Shown here in pieces: positions 52,370 to 61,488 of a stretch of DNA of 64,000 bases. The stretch's first letter is position 1, and every line of letters starts with the position of its first letter. The notes under the pieces are model-generated. The model was not told the DNA's origin and did no database searches. It was given only the letters and a program-made list of their open reading frames with translations. The position numbers and the translations under genes were made by a program. The DNA comes from an uncultured delta proteobacterium. GTDB taxonomy: Bacteria > Desulfobacterota > RBG-13-43-22. The stretch lies in assembly GCA_963743305.1 (NCBI GenBank), contig CAVUPH010000010.1:64001-128000 (forward strand). The letters are read 5' to 3'.

Positions 52370-54936
52370 ACCTGTCCAGGGGCCTTGACTTCCCCGGCCA
52401 CGGTTAGAAGATGCTCCTGGATAGCTATCCCGAAGAGGCGTTCGTTCTCTTCCAGATAAGGCCGGATGAGTTCCCAGTCTTTATCGGTAAAAGGCGCCAT
52501 TTCACCTCCGTTGAGCTGTTCGGGAATAATCTTATGGTCCGGGTCGCGGACGAAAATGGCTCCCCCGGAAGCCAGGGAAAAAAGGTTGGAGCCCGGGTAA
52601 GGGGTATCCTGGGGGATGATTTGCCCCTGGGTTTCCACGGTCAGGCCGTTTAAGATAACGAATCCCCCTCCCTGATGGGGATCTCCGGCCATGAAGGATT
52701 CGGCCAGGAAGTCGAGGGCCGTACCGTTGATGATTACTTTAGGGCGCCCAACGGCATTGATCAGCGGGCGTCCGGCGGCGTTGCCCAGCACATAGACCTC
52801 CCCGCCTTTGGCCCCGTATAAAAAAGTCTGGCCCACATCGCCATAAACCACCAGTTTTCCGGATTTGAGGATTTGCCCCAACTGGTCCTGGGCGTTGCCG
52901 TGGACGTAGATTTCCATTCCGTCCATGCCGGAACCCAGGTAATCCCCGGAACTCCCGTAGGCATCAATCCGAACCCCCTGGGTATCCGGGCCCAGACCGT
53001 TGCCCAAGAAGCGCTGCCCGCGGAACCCAAAACCTATAAATCGTTTCCAGCCCAGTTCATAGGCCTTGACCAGCAGCCGGGCATCGCATTCTTCCCCTTC
53101 GGGAGGGAATTTTTCGGCATGGATGACCAGCACCATTTCTTTGCCCCTGGGGGCCCGAAGTTGGTGGCGGTGGTCATAATCGATCCGCAGATAGGTTTTT
53201 CCCTGGGACTCGTGGATTAGGGGTATCTCCAGAAAAATCCGGTCCAGAGCTTCCAGGACCATTTGCAGGATCGAGCGGCGCCGTTTAGAGCCGCTGGGAT
53301 AGCGTTGATCCAGGACCAGGGTCAGCAGTTCCAGGACCTGGGGTTTCAATTTTTCCGCGCGAGCCAATTCCACCAGATAACGGATCCAGGAACCCAGGCG
53401 GCGATAATCGCTCTCGGCCAAAAATGACTTCCAGTCGTTGAACATTCCTGGAATGGGGCCCGAGGTTAACCCTTCTTTAAGCTTCTTCAGAATCCCGGCC
53501 TCCAGCCCGTCATCGGCCATCGGGATCCTAAAATCGTAGGGTTGCCGGTCTTGGGGGACCGTGATCTCCCGGCCGAACTTGTCGTTGCAGGTGAGCTCGA
53601 GGGCGCCTGGGGCTTTTTCCTGGACCGAAAAGATAAACGCCCCGCCGTCGGTGTAGCTTCCTCCCCGGGCGTTCCAATAGCGGTCAGCCACAGTTCCAAA
53701 CCGGGGGTCCTCCCGGGCCAGGCTCTGGAGGGTGGCGTCAATGGCCTGTTTTTCCGAACAGATGAGCCCGATTTCCACCTCCCCTTTTTGTAGGGCAAAG
53801 ACCTGGGGACGCAGCATAGCGGTGTCGGTAATCCCGATCAACTGATATTTCCGTTGGCCGGGCATGTTCCGGGCAATAATAAAGAACCAGGGACCATCCG
53901 GGGAACCATGGATCTGGGTAGCCTGGATCTGACGATAAACCTTTTGTTTTTCGGGTGACAACTGATCGAAGTCCAATTCCGTAGTGGGGGCCAGGGACTC
54001 GATAATGTATTCCAGAGGATACCCATAGACCCGGTTTAACAAATCGAAAACCTGGACCGAAACTTCGGTATCGGTCAGAAACAGGGGGACCACGTTCCGC
54101 TGAAAAAGATATTCACTGACGGAATAGTAATTGGCAAAATCGCCGTTATGGACCAAGGCTTCGTCCATCCCGATAAAGGGATGGGCCCCACCCGGGTGCC
54201 AGACCCTACCTTTGGTTGGATAACGCTGGTGGGCGATCCAGACATGGGCCTTAAAATCTTCCAGACGATAATACTGGGTTACCTGTTCAGCGTAACCGAC
54301 GATTTTCAGAATCATCATGTTCCGACCATGGGACAAGACAAAAGCCCGTTTGTCCCCCAGGGAACTGTAGTAACGCTGATTAAGTTGAAAGGAGTTCTGG
54401 TAGATGAATTCCTCCTCAACTTTTCTGGCCGAAAGCTTGTCCAGACGGCGCTCTTTTTGAAAACGGGCCAGCACTTCGGGCCGGACGCGAACGAAATAGC
54501 GCTTGACCGCCGGGGGTTCCAATTCCAGACCGGGCACGTCCCGGTAGTCGTCCACGGTGGGCAGAAAAGCCTCGTGATCCACCCGGAAGCAGGGGCGGAT
54601 AAATTGTGCCTCCAATTCGGGCAGTACGGTTTTATCCAGCAGGGCAATCTGGTAAAGGAAATCCCCATCCAGGGTGCCCTGGTCCACCCCCAGCTTGGAA
54701 GCTTCCAGCCCCACGGCGGCGATACCTCCGCCTTTACCATTGCCGCGGTTGTGCATCTGCACCGAGGGTTCGAATATATGACGGCCACTAACCGGAATGT
54801 TGCAGGCGAAACCGGTGACCCCGCATCCGCCTTCTTCGGCCTCCGGCCGACGGGGTAAACGCCGTGCCGGATCAAGTTTTTCCAATAAATGAGCCCGCGA
54901 ATGAATCAGGGCCTGTGCGCTTGACTGATAGTTCAT
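52309..54936 (-). CDS. Glutamate synthase amidotransferase (class II GATase) + GXGXG domain subunit
   Basis: EEGG/CGVTG, RGNGKGGG, HQRYPT, HPF, VHNGDFANY, TDTEV; GXGXG repeats GNAQDQ, GDVGQ, GNAAGR. Confidence 0.85.
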   Translation of the reverse strand: MNYQSSAQALIHSRAHLLEKLDPARRLPRRPEAEEGGCGVTGFACNIPVSGRHIFEPSVQMHNRGNGKGGGIAAVGLEASKLGVDQGTLDGDFLYQIALLDKTVLPELEAQFIRPCFRVDHEAFLPTVDDYRDVPGLELEPPAVKRYFVRVRPEVLARFQKERRLDKLSARKVEEEFIYQNSFQLNQRYYSSLGDKRAFVLSHGRNMMILKIVGYAEQVTQYYRLEDFKAHVWIAHQRYPTKGRVWHPGGAHPFIGMDEALVHNGDFANYYSVSEYLFQRNVVPLFLTDTEVSVQVFDLLNRVYGYPLEYIIESLAPTTELDFDQLSPEKQKVYRQIQATQIHGSPDGPWFFIIARNMPGQRKYQLIGITDTAMLRPQVFALQKGEVEIGLICSEKQAIDATLQSLAREDPRFGTVADRYWNARGGSYTDGGAFIFSVQEKAPGALELTCNDKFGREITVPQDRQPYDFRIPMADDGLEAGILKKLKEGLTSGPIPGMFNDWKSFLAESDYRRLGSWIRYLVELARAEKLKPQVLELLTLVLDQRYPSGSKRRRSILQMVLEALDRIFLEIPLIHESQGKTYLRIDYDHRHQLRAPRGKEMVLVIHAEKFPPEGEECDARLLVKAYELGWKRFIGFGFRGQRFLGNGLGPDTQGVRIDAYGSSGDYLGSGMDGMEIYVHGNAQDQLGQILKSGKLVVYGDVGQTFLYGAKGGEVYVLGNAAGRPLINAVGRPKVIINGTALDFLAESFMAGDPHQGGGFVILNGLTVETQGQIIPQDTPYPGSNLFSLASGGAIFVRDPDHKIIPEQLNGGEMAPFTDKDWELIRPYLEENERLFGIAIQEHLLTVAGEVKAPGQVYRTVQPLKRTVLTGSEEWE

Positions 54937-54960
54937 GGTCCTTCCCGATAGTTTTTAAGT

Positions 54961-56475
54961 TTAGTCGATAACTCCGGTCAGCTCTTCCGGACGAATATAA
55001 TCCAAATGCACCAATAAGTCCCAGCGACCCACCAGGTCCTGGATACGGGTCAATCCCAACCGGCGGAGCAAAAAACGCCATTGTTTCATCCAGGCGGTAT
55101 AGGAATTTATAATCCGCTGGGTACCCCAATCTTGGGTGATCAGCTTGGACAATTCGGGATCGGTGGTGGCGATCCCCCGGGCGCAGCCGCGGCCGGATTC
55201 GCAGTTGTGGCAACGCAGGCATTCCAGGGACACCATGTCCAGCGTGCCCAAACAGATGCCATTGGCGCCCAGGGCGATGATTTTGGCGGCATCGTAAGCC
55301 GTCCGGATCCCTCCGCTGGCAATGATGGTGATTTTATCCCTGATCCCTTCGTCCTTCAGGAACCGGTGAACTTTGGGCACGGCGTACTCCAGGGGCATGG
55401 CGATATTTTTCTTGGCAATGTCCGGGGCGGCGCCGGTTCCGCCATAACTGCCGTCCAACTGCAGAATATGGGCCCCGGCAAAATAGCTGCCCACGGCCAC
55501 CATGTCCACGTCGTTGGGGGTAGACACTTTGACGGAAACCAAAGCTCGGGGATTGATCTCTTTGATCCAATCGATGTGCTTTTTATGGTCCTCTACCGAG
55601 TACACGCTATGAAAGGGAAAAGGAGAAAAAAGGGAACTTCCGACCACGGCCTCCCGCATCCGGGCCACCTCCGGGGTGACTTTATCCCCCAGCAGGTGGC
55701 CGCCCAACCCCGGTTTAGCGCCCTGGGCGTATTTAAACTCCACAATGCGGACCCGTTTAATGGTTTCTTCCCGAACCCCGAAGAGCCCGGTGGCCACCTG
55801 GGTAATGACGTGATCGTCATAAGGGATTAAGTCGTCCGGGAATCCCCCTTCACCGGTACAGCAAAAGGTTCCCCAGGCGGTTGCGGCCCGAACCCGGGAA
55901 AGCATGGAATGGATGCTGACGGAGCCGAAGGACATACCGCCCAAATAAAAGGGAACGGGCAAAGCGACTTGGGGGCGCTCATCCCCGGTCCGGTTGAGCT
56001 CGATACCCAGGGAGATATCTTCCTCCGGAATCTCCCGGGGGGGAACGACGGGGAGCCGAAACCGGATTTTGTCGAAGCCGCCGCCCGAATCTCCGGTTTT
56101 ATAGTTGATATCCTGATAAGGGATCTCCCCGGTTTCGGCCATGTACCAGGTGCTGGCCAATAAATCGGAAGTCCAGCGCTTATCCCCCAGAACCTCAAAA
56201 GAAGGGTTGAGATTCAGGCGAATGGCGTCCCGAGGACAGCGGGACAAACAATAGAATTCATTTTTTTGGCAGGAAGGACCCAGACAGCGATATTCCTGGG
56301 CCACCCGGGGGCGCCGGCTGCCTTTCTGATAAACGCCGTAAGGACAAAGGGTAACACAGAGACCGCAATTATCGCAGTCCGGGGTGATGGTGATCCGGTA
56401 CTTGCTTAAGGCCTGTCGGAAGCGGGAAGGCGTCCGTTTTACTTCAGGGGGAATAAACGGAACGGGGGTGTTCAT
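54961..56475 (-). CDS. Glutamate synthase FMN subunit with N-terminal ferredoxin (GltB2 type)
   Basis: GMSFGS, TGEGG, QVATG, EFKYAQGAKPGLGG, GGTGAAP, ASGGIR, CLRCHNC. Confidence 0.88.
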   Translation of the reverse strand: MNTPVPFIPPEVKRTPSRFRQALSKYRITITPDCDNCGLCVTLCPYGVYQKGSRRPRVAQEYRCLGPSCQKNEFYCLSRCPRDAIRLNLNPSFEVLGDKRWTSDLLASTWYMAETGEIPYQDINYKTGDSGGGFDKIRFRLPVVPPREIPEEDISLGIELNRTGDERPQVALPVPFYLGGMSFGSVSIHSMLSRVRAATAWGTFCCTGEGGFPDDLIPYDDHVITQVATGLFGVREETIKRVRIVEFKYAQGAKPGLGGHLLGDKVTPEVARMREAVVGSSLFSPFPFHSVYSVEDHKKHIDWIKEINPRALVSVKVSTPNDVDMVAVGSYFAGAHILQLDGSYGGTGAAPDIAKKNIAMPLEYAVPKVHRFLKDEGIRDKITIIASGGIRTAYDAAKIIALGANGICLGTLDMVSLECLRCHNCESGRGCARGIATTDPELSKLITQDWGTQRIINSYTAWMKQWRFLLRRLGLTRIQDLVGRWDLLVHLDYIRPEELTGVID

Positions 56476-57860
56476 GAGGCAACTCCTTTTCCCAGGGAGG
56501 CAAAAACATCCGCCTCCAGGTCTTCAAAAAACATGGCCCGGCCCATCTCCCCCCGCAGGCGACGGGCTTCCCGAATTCCCATGGCTCCCATGATCTCCAG
56601 CAGTTGGTTATGCCAGCCGGCCATTAAATTCCTGATCCGGGCTTCCCCCCGAGGCGGATAGATCTGATCGATAGTCACCGGGCAGGGGATGCCGGCGGCG
56701 CAGCGACGGCAAACCCGGCATTCCAGGGCGATCAACAACGGGATGTCCACGGCCACGGCATCGGCCCCGCAGAGGATCAGTTTGGCCAGGTGTTCCGCCA
56801 TGGAGATTCCGCCCCCGGCAATGACGGTAATCTGGTCGCGGACTCCAAAGCGAACCAAGTGGAGGTGGATTTCTTTGATCCGGTCTTTGATATACCAGGG
56901 ATCCTCTCCCTGTTCCCGCCCCAGTTCATTGGCTATGAAATGGAGGATTTCTATCCCGTCTTGGGCCAGTTCCAAGGCCCGTTCGCTGGAACGGGCCGAG
57001 AGGGGTAACCGGACCGCGATGACCGCTTGGGCGTTGATAGCCTTCAATTTCCGCAGGCGTTCCAGGACCCGGGGGCCGTCGGGGATTTCGATCAGACGCA
57101 ATTTCTTGATCAATTCCGGGTCCACGGTTTCCACCGCCTGATTGATATAGAGCAGGACATGGTCCAGGTATTGTTTCAGGCTGGGTTCCCATTCCTGCTG
57201 GGAGATCACCGCAAAGGAGCCGATGCCCCGGGCCCCCCGAAGCAGGGTATGATTGATGCGGTCCCGGGGAGGCGACCAGGGCAGGAGATCGAAAATAATC
57301 GGCAAGGGGATTTCCACCAGGGATTGGGTCGGTGACAGCAGGTTTCCCCGGTCATCGAACTCCAGCGACATCCATTTGCGCCCCAGATCCACTTGGGTAC
57401 TGATATACTCCCGGCCGTGAATCCCGTCCCGGGTCGGCCGGACAATTTCCGACATATCCGTCCACATGGCATCAAAGCCCGGACCGGAGAAAGTCCCTCC
57501 ATACCCGGCCCCGGAAACGGGGATCCTTCCGGTTTCCGCCTGAAACCATAAGGTGGAGATGATTTCGGGGGTCCAATAGGCATCCCCCAGCTTCTTATAT
57601 TCCGGGTTCAGGGATTTGTGGATCAACCGATTGGGGCAGTTCTGGACACAGCGGAAACAGTCTTTACAGAGGCTGTCCAGAGAATCCACCATCAGGCGGG
57701 CATCGAGATTTTTTTTGTCATAAACGCCGTAGACGCAATCCCGCTTCACGCAGCGAGGGCATTTGAGGCAGCCTTCTTCCCAGGCGATCACCCCGGAACG
57801 GGTGATGGTCGGGTAGCGGTTGGGGACGTTGGCCGTTTGAATATGGTACTTCGCTGGCAT
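56472..57860 (-). CDS. Second, degenerate GltB2-like subunit with N-terminal ferredoxin
   Basis: CLKCPRC, CKDCFRCVQNCP, LGDAYWT, GFD, IAGGGI, GADAV, CRVCRRC; lacks MSFG, GEGG and QGAKPG. Confidence 0.75.
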   Translation of the reverse strand: MPAKYHIQTANVPNRYPTITRSGVIAWEEGCLKCPRCVKRDCVYGVYDKKNLDARLMVDSLDSLCKDCFRCVQNCPNRLIHKSLNPEYKKLGDAYWTPEIISTLWFQAETGRIPVSGAGYGGTFSGPGFDAMWTDMSEIVRPTRDGIHGREYISTQVDLGRKWMSLEFDDRGNLLSPTQSLVEIPLPIIFDLLPWSPPRDRINHTLLRGARGIGSFAVISQQEWEPSLKQYLDHVLLYINQAVETVDPELIKKLRLIEIPDGPRVLERLRKLKAINAQAVIAVRLPLSARSSERALELAQDGIEILHFIANELGREQGEDPWYIKDRIKEIHLHLVRFGVRDQITVIAGGGISMAEHLAKLILCGADAVAVDIPLLIALECRVCRRCAAGIPCPVTIDQIYPPRGEARIRNLMAGWHNQLLEIMGAMGIREARRLRGEMGRAMFFEDLEADVFASLGKGVAS

Positions 57861-57890
57861 AACTTAATCCTTTAAAAGCGGTCTTTATTA

Positions 57891-57921
57891 TAGCCAAAAA
57901 TATTGCAAATATTTTTGGCTA
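57891..57921. repeat. 14-bp perfect palindromic hairpin starting at the metF stop codon
   Basis: TAGCCAAAAATATT-GCA-AATATTTTTGGCTA. Confidence 0.7.
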
Positions 57922-58842
57922 GAGGTTCGGTCGGGGGAAAAGGCCCGCGCCTTCCACTATCGGGGGAACGACCTCCTCCCATTCAATGGCCATGATATGG
58001 ACCCCGTGCACGCCCTTCATTTCTTTCAGGGCCTGGATGGTTTCGATACTTATCTTCACGCCCTCCCGACGCTGTTCCTTGGCCGGAACGGCCTTCATCC
58101 GTCGAATGACTTCCTCGGGGATATCCATTCCGGCCACCTTACTATTCATATATTCGGCCATCTTGGACGATTTCAAGGGGGTGATCCCGCCTAAAATATA
58201 GACCTCACGGTCCAGATTGCGCTCCCGCACTTTATCCATCCACTCGGAGAAGCGGGCCAGGTTATAGATGCATTGGGTTTGGATGAACTCCGCCCCGGCC
58301 TTAACCTTTTTGGCCAACCGCAGGACCCGGTACAAAAAAGGGTCGGCAAAGGGATTGGCCGCCGCTCCGATAAACAGGTCCGGGGACACGGTCAGAGGCT
58401 CTCCTCCCAGGACCTGGCCCTGGTCCCGCATCTGCCGGGCGGTGCTGATCAACTGGAGGGAGTCCAGATCGAAGACTCCTCTGGCCTGGGGCTGATTGCC
58501 GAAGGATTGATGGTCCCCGCTCAGGCAGAGGACATTGCGAATTCCCAAGGCCGAGGCCCCCAGGAGGTCCGACTGCAGGGCGATTCGATTCCGGTCCCGG
58601 GTGACCATCTGCAGCACCGGGTCCAGCCCGGCCTGGCGAAGCAGGGTGCAGGCCGCCAGGCTGCTGAGGCGCACCACCCCGGTTTGGTTATCGGTGACGT
58701 TGACGCTGTCCGCGTATCCGGCCAGCAGTTTTCCTTTTTTAAGGATGGCCTCGGGGTCGGCGCCTTTAGGAGGCCCGCACTCGGCGGTGACGGCGAAATG
58801 ATCGGCGGCTAAGACTTTTTTTAACTGGCTTTCCGTTTTCAA
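57919..58842 (-). CDS. metF: Methylenetetrahydrofolate reductase (TTG start overlapping the metV stop)
   Basis: ECGPPKG, NVTDNQ, RDRNRIALQ, LSGDH, KKVKAGAEFIQTQ, GVHIM. Confidence 0.9.
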   Translation of the reverse strand: MKTESQLKKVLAADHFAVTAECGPPKGADPEAILKKGKLLAGYADSVNVTDNQTGVVRLSSLAACTLLRQAGLDPVLQMVTRDRNRIALQSDLLGASALGIRNVLCLSGDHQSFGNQPQARGVFDLDSLQLISTARQMRDQGQVLGGEPLTVSPDLFIGAAANPFADPFLYRVLRLAKKVKAGAEFIQTQCIYNLARFSEWMDKVRERNLDREVYILGGITPLKSSKMAEYMNSKVAGMDIPEEVIRRMKAVPAKEQRREGVKISIETIQALKEMKGVHGVHIMAIEWEEVVPPIVEGAGLFPRPNL

Positions 58843-59507
58843 TTCCTTTGGTCCTCCCTGATGATTTTTCTGGGACCGGTTCCCTGTTGACGCGACCAGT
58901 CCGCGGGGGGGTAAACCGTTTCCAGTTGCGAAAGTCGCCCCGATTCTTCCAGGCGGTCCACAATGAGCTGCCAGGCGCAGGGGACTTCGGGGTCCACTTC
59001 GCATTGGCCGTTCTGAGAGCCCCCGCACGGTCCGTTGAATAATTGCTTGGCACAGCGGGTAATGGGGCAGATATCCCCGAAAAGATGCACCCGGCAGTGG
59101 CCGCAGCCGCGGCAATTCTCCAGCCAAAGTCCCGGCTCCTTGGTTTGTCCTAAAAAGGTGGTGTTCAGGGCCGGCAGAATAGGGATTTTGGGAAAGACTT
59201 CGGCTACGGCTTGTACCCCGGCCCCGCAGGCCAAAGACAGGACGGCCTCGTACTGATCTACCAGACCGGTCAGTTGATCGATGAACTCATAAACGCACTG
59301 GCGTTCCAGGGTCATTTCCCTGGTTTCCAAATCCCGGTTGGTCATGCGGGCTTCCATGCGCAGGGCGGAGGCCAACAACCCGGTTTCCCGCTCGCCGCCG
59401 GCGGCGCATTCGGCCACGCAACTGCCGCAGCCGACCACCAAGATTTTTTGGTAGGGGGAAATCATGGCCAGGATCTCTTCCATGGGTTTTCGTTCGGCGG
59501 TAATCAT
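58839..59507 (-). CDS. metV: MTHFR-associated Fe-S/Zn protein MetV
   Basis: GCGSCVAEC, RQC, ACGAG, CRGCGHC, CPITRCAK..NGPCGG, CAW. Confidence 0.88.
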   Translation of the reverse strand: MITAERKPMEEILAMISPYQKILVVGCGSCVAECAAGGERETGLLASALRMEARMTNRDLETREMTLERQCVYEFIDQLTGLVDQYEAVLSLACGAGVQAVAEVFPKIPILPALNTTFLGQTKEPGLWLENCRGCGHCRVHLFGDICPITRCAKQLFNGPCGGSQNGQCEVDPEVPCAWQLIVDRLEESGRLSQLETVYPPADWSRQQGTGPRKIIREDQRN

Positions 59508-59545
59508 GCTCGGGCTCCAATCAAAAAGATAAAATAGTAAAAAAA

Positions 59546-59965
59546 CTACAACCGGCGCAGGAGCGAATGCCCCTTAACCGGTATCCGGGTCAGGAGTTCC
59601 CGGGTGAGTTGATCGATGGCTTGGGGCAGGGGCGGGCGGGTCATTACCAAAACCAGTCGCTCGGGATCCATTCCGATTTCCTGAATCAACTTTTGGGCGT
59701 ATTGAATCCGCTTCCGGGCGCGGGTGTTGCCTTGCTGGTAGCGGCAGGCTTTTTCAGGGCAGGTGATCAGAAAGACCAGATCCGCCCCCGACTCCATGGC
59801 CCGCAGGAAATGAAGCGATTCAATGCGTCCGCTGCAGGGGAGTGGGAAAAATTTGATTCGCGGGCCCAGTTCTTTTTCTATCACCCGGCGGTTAAGGTCT
59901 TGAGCCGGATCGATCTGCTGGCAGAAAAAAATATCGATTTTCATATCGGACGGATTAGTACTCAT
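59546..59965 (-). CDS. mvhD: MvhD/FlpD-like [2Fe-2S] subunit
   Basis: FFC, LPCSGR, GADLV, CPEKACRY..GN. Confidence 0.88.
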   Translation of the reverse strand: MSTNPSDMKIDIFFCQQIDPAQDLNRRVIEKELGPRIKFFPLPCSGRIESLHFLRAMESGADLVFLITCPEKACRYQQGNTRARKRIQYAQKLIQEIGMDPERLVLVMTRPPLPQAIDQLTRELLTRIPVKGHSLLRRL

Positions 59966-60115
59966 AAAAAATACCCATCAAAAATTATTTATAATTAAAT
60001 AGTCGCTTTATTTATTTTGATCAAAAAGGAAAACTTATAATTAATCATATTTTTTAATAAAAAGCAATAAAAAATTGTCTTTATCCTGAGGGCCAAAGGT
60101 TCAAGGCAGCTAGAG

Positions 60116-61444
60116 CTATAAAATCGGAAGATATTTTTCAAGCTCATAGCGGCTAACATGGGTCCGGTAACGATCCCACTCAATTTCTTTATTCTCGATA
60201 AATTTTTCAAAAATATGGTCTCCGAGGGCCTCCCGGACCAGGGTGCTTTTCTTCACTTCCTGAAGGGCCTCATAGAGATTTCCGGGAAGCGAGTGAATTC
60301 CTCGGGCCTCCCGTTCTTTCTGATTCATTTCATAAATATCTTCTTCAATGGGGTCCGGGATGGGGTACTTGCCCTCGATACCGGCCATTCCGGCGGCCAA
60401 CTGGACGGCGAAAGAAAGATAAGGATTGCAGGCCGGATCGGGCGAGCGGAATTCAATCCGGGTGGCCTGTTCTTTGCCCGGCTTATACATGGGGACCCGG
60501 ATCATGGTGGACCGGTTGCGCCGGGCCCAGGAAACGTAGACCGGGGCCTCGTAACCCGGCACCAGGCGTTTATAGGAATTGACCCATTGGTTGTTGATGG
60601 CCGTCATCTCCCGGGCATGGCGCATCAGCCCGGCGATATAGCCCTTGGCAGTCTCTGAAAGATGAAAAGGATCCCCTGGATTAAAAAAGGCATTTTTAGA
60701 GCCCAGAAACAAGGACTGATGGGTGTGCATGCCGCTGCCGTTGATCCCGAATACGGGTTTGGGCATGAAGGTGGCGTACACCCCATGGCTGCGGGCGATC
60801 TCCTTGACCACGATCCGGTAGGTCATGGTCATGTCGGCCATCTTCAGTCCTTCGGCGTAGCGGAGATCGATTTCATGCTGGCTGGGAGCGACCTCATGGT
60901 GGCTGTACTCTACTCGGATATCCATGGACTGGAGGGCGAAAATCGTGTCTCGCCGCAGGTCACTTCCCAAGTCTATCGGACGGGAGTCAAAGTACCCGCC
61001 CGCGTCCAGAAACCGGGGTTCCCCGTTGTCGGCGAAATAAAAATACTCCAGTTCGGGCCCCACAAAAAACGTATAGCCTTTTTCCATGGCCCGGGCCAGC
61101 AGGCGCTTAAAGGCGAAGCGGGTGTCGCCCGGATAGGGCGTGCCATCGGGCTGCAGAATATCACAGAATAGACGGGCCACCGGCCTCTCTCCCTGACGCC
61201 AGGGGACTAATTGAAAGGTGGTCGGGTCTGGTTTAGCGATCATATCGGACTCTTCGATGCGGGCAAACCCTTCGATCGAAGAGCCGTCAAAGCCCATACC
61301 CTCGATCATCCCCTCCTCCAATTCCGAGGGGGTGACGGCAAAACTTTTCAAAAGGCCCAGGATATCGGTAAACCAGAACTGAATGAAACTGATGTTTTTG
61401 TCCCGAACCAGGCGAAGCACATCTTCGGGTGTTTGACTAAGCAT
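60116..61444 (-). CDS. glnA: Glutamine synthetase type I (short GSI-alpha-like, 442 aa)
   Basis: FDGSSIEGF, GPELEY, HHEVAPSQHEI, FMPKP..NGSGMH, YKRLVPGYEAP, RIEFRSPD; RBS AGGAGG before ATG 61444. Confidence 0.93.
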   Translation of the reverse strand: MLSQTPEDVLRLVRDKNISFIQFWFTDILGLLKSFAVTPSELEEGMIEGMGFDGSSIEGFARIEESDMIAKPDPTTFQLVPWRQGERPVARLFCDILQPDGTPYPGDTRFAFKRLLARAMEKGYTFFVGPELEYFYFADNGEPRFLDAGGYFDSRPIDLGSDLRRDTIFALQSMDIRVEYSHHEVAPSQHEIDLRYAEGLKMADMTMTYRIVVKEIARSHGVYATFMPKPVFGINGSGMHTHQSLFLGSKNAFFNPGDPFHLSETAKGYIAGLMRHAREMTAINNQWVNSYKRLVPGYEAPVYVSWARRNRSTMIRVPMYKPGKEQATRIEFRSPDPACNPYLSFAVQLAAGMAGIEGKYPIPDPIEEDIYEMNQKEREARGIHSLPGNLYEALQEVKKSTLVREALGDHIFEKFIENKEIEWDRYRTHVSRYELEKYLPIL

Positions 61445-61488
61445 GCGGTAGTCCTCCTTAGGCACTAAATTTTTTCCCGATAAGGAGG

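Noticed and set aside
58843-59127. N-terminal extension of metF given by the ORF track
   Set aside because: Overlaps metV in another frame; homology begins at TTG 58842 with a TTGA overlap
52309-61444. N-methylglutamate pathway (gmaS-mgsABC) assignment
   Set aside because: GlnA looks like a bona fide GS next to glnE and no mgdABCD/sox-like genes are present; not fully excluded without phylogeny
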